From positions 36,289,551 to 36,353,550 of the forward strand of contig NC_068993.1 of the NCBI RefSeq assembly GCF_001194135.2: 64,000 nt of DNA, given 5' to 3'. This document shows, in pieces, positions 63,954 to 64,000 of this stretch. A program made the translations under genes and the position numbers. The notes under the pieces were generated by a model. The model made no database searches and was not told where the DNA came from. It saw nothing but the letters and a program-made list of their open reading frames with translations. Every line of letters begins with the position of its first letter. Within the stretch, counting starts at the first letter, position 1. This DNA comes from Octopus bimaculoides (lineage: Eukaryota).

Positions 63954-64000
<47 letters not shown>
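63954..64000. repeat. (CT)n microsatellite to window end
   Basis: Read directly from the sequence. Confidence 0.98.

Overview
AT-rich animal genomic DNA from a short-read scaffold, with about 16 N-gaps that nearly all sit next to microsatellites. The repeat content is tRNA-headed SINEs with microsatellite tails, RTE, CR1-like and R4/Dong LINE relics, plus Tc1/mariner, Tigger, hAT and Helitron relics. By my recognition this looks like an octopus/cephalopod intergenic or large-intron region (inference). I cannot recognise any host protein-coding gene, and most listed ORFs are microsatellite or gap artefacts. Three signals are not explained by that repeat list. (1) Several unrelated type I hammerhead-ribozyme motifs of the kind carried by Penelope-like elements. 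Two have fully canonical cores (13328-13390 and 44937-44996). Two multi-copy repeat families carry variant cores (U3-A8 covariant; A6U), and there are further decayed copies. (2) A U6 snRNA copy fused directly to the 5' end of a SINE. (3) Many long local inverted repeats that would form dsRNA if transcribed. A 104-aa ORF at 25372-25686 with signal-peptide and transmembrane architecture is the best host-gene candidate. All folding, alignment and translation were done by eye. No search was run, and boundaries are approximate unless a TIR or TSD fixes them.
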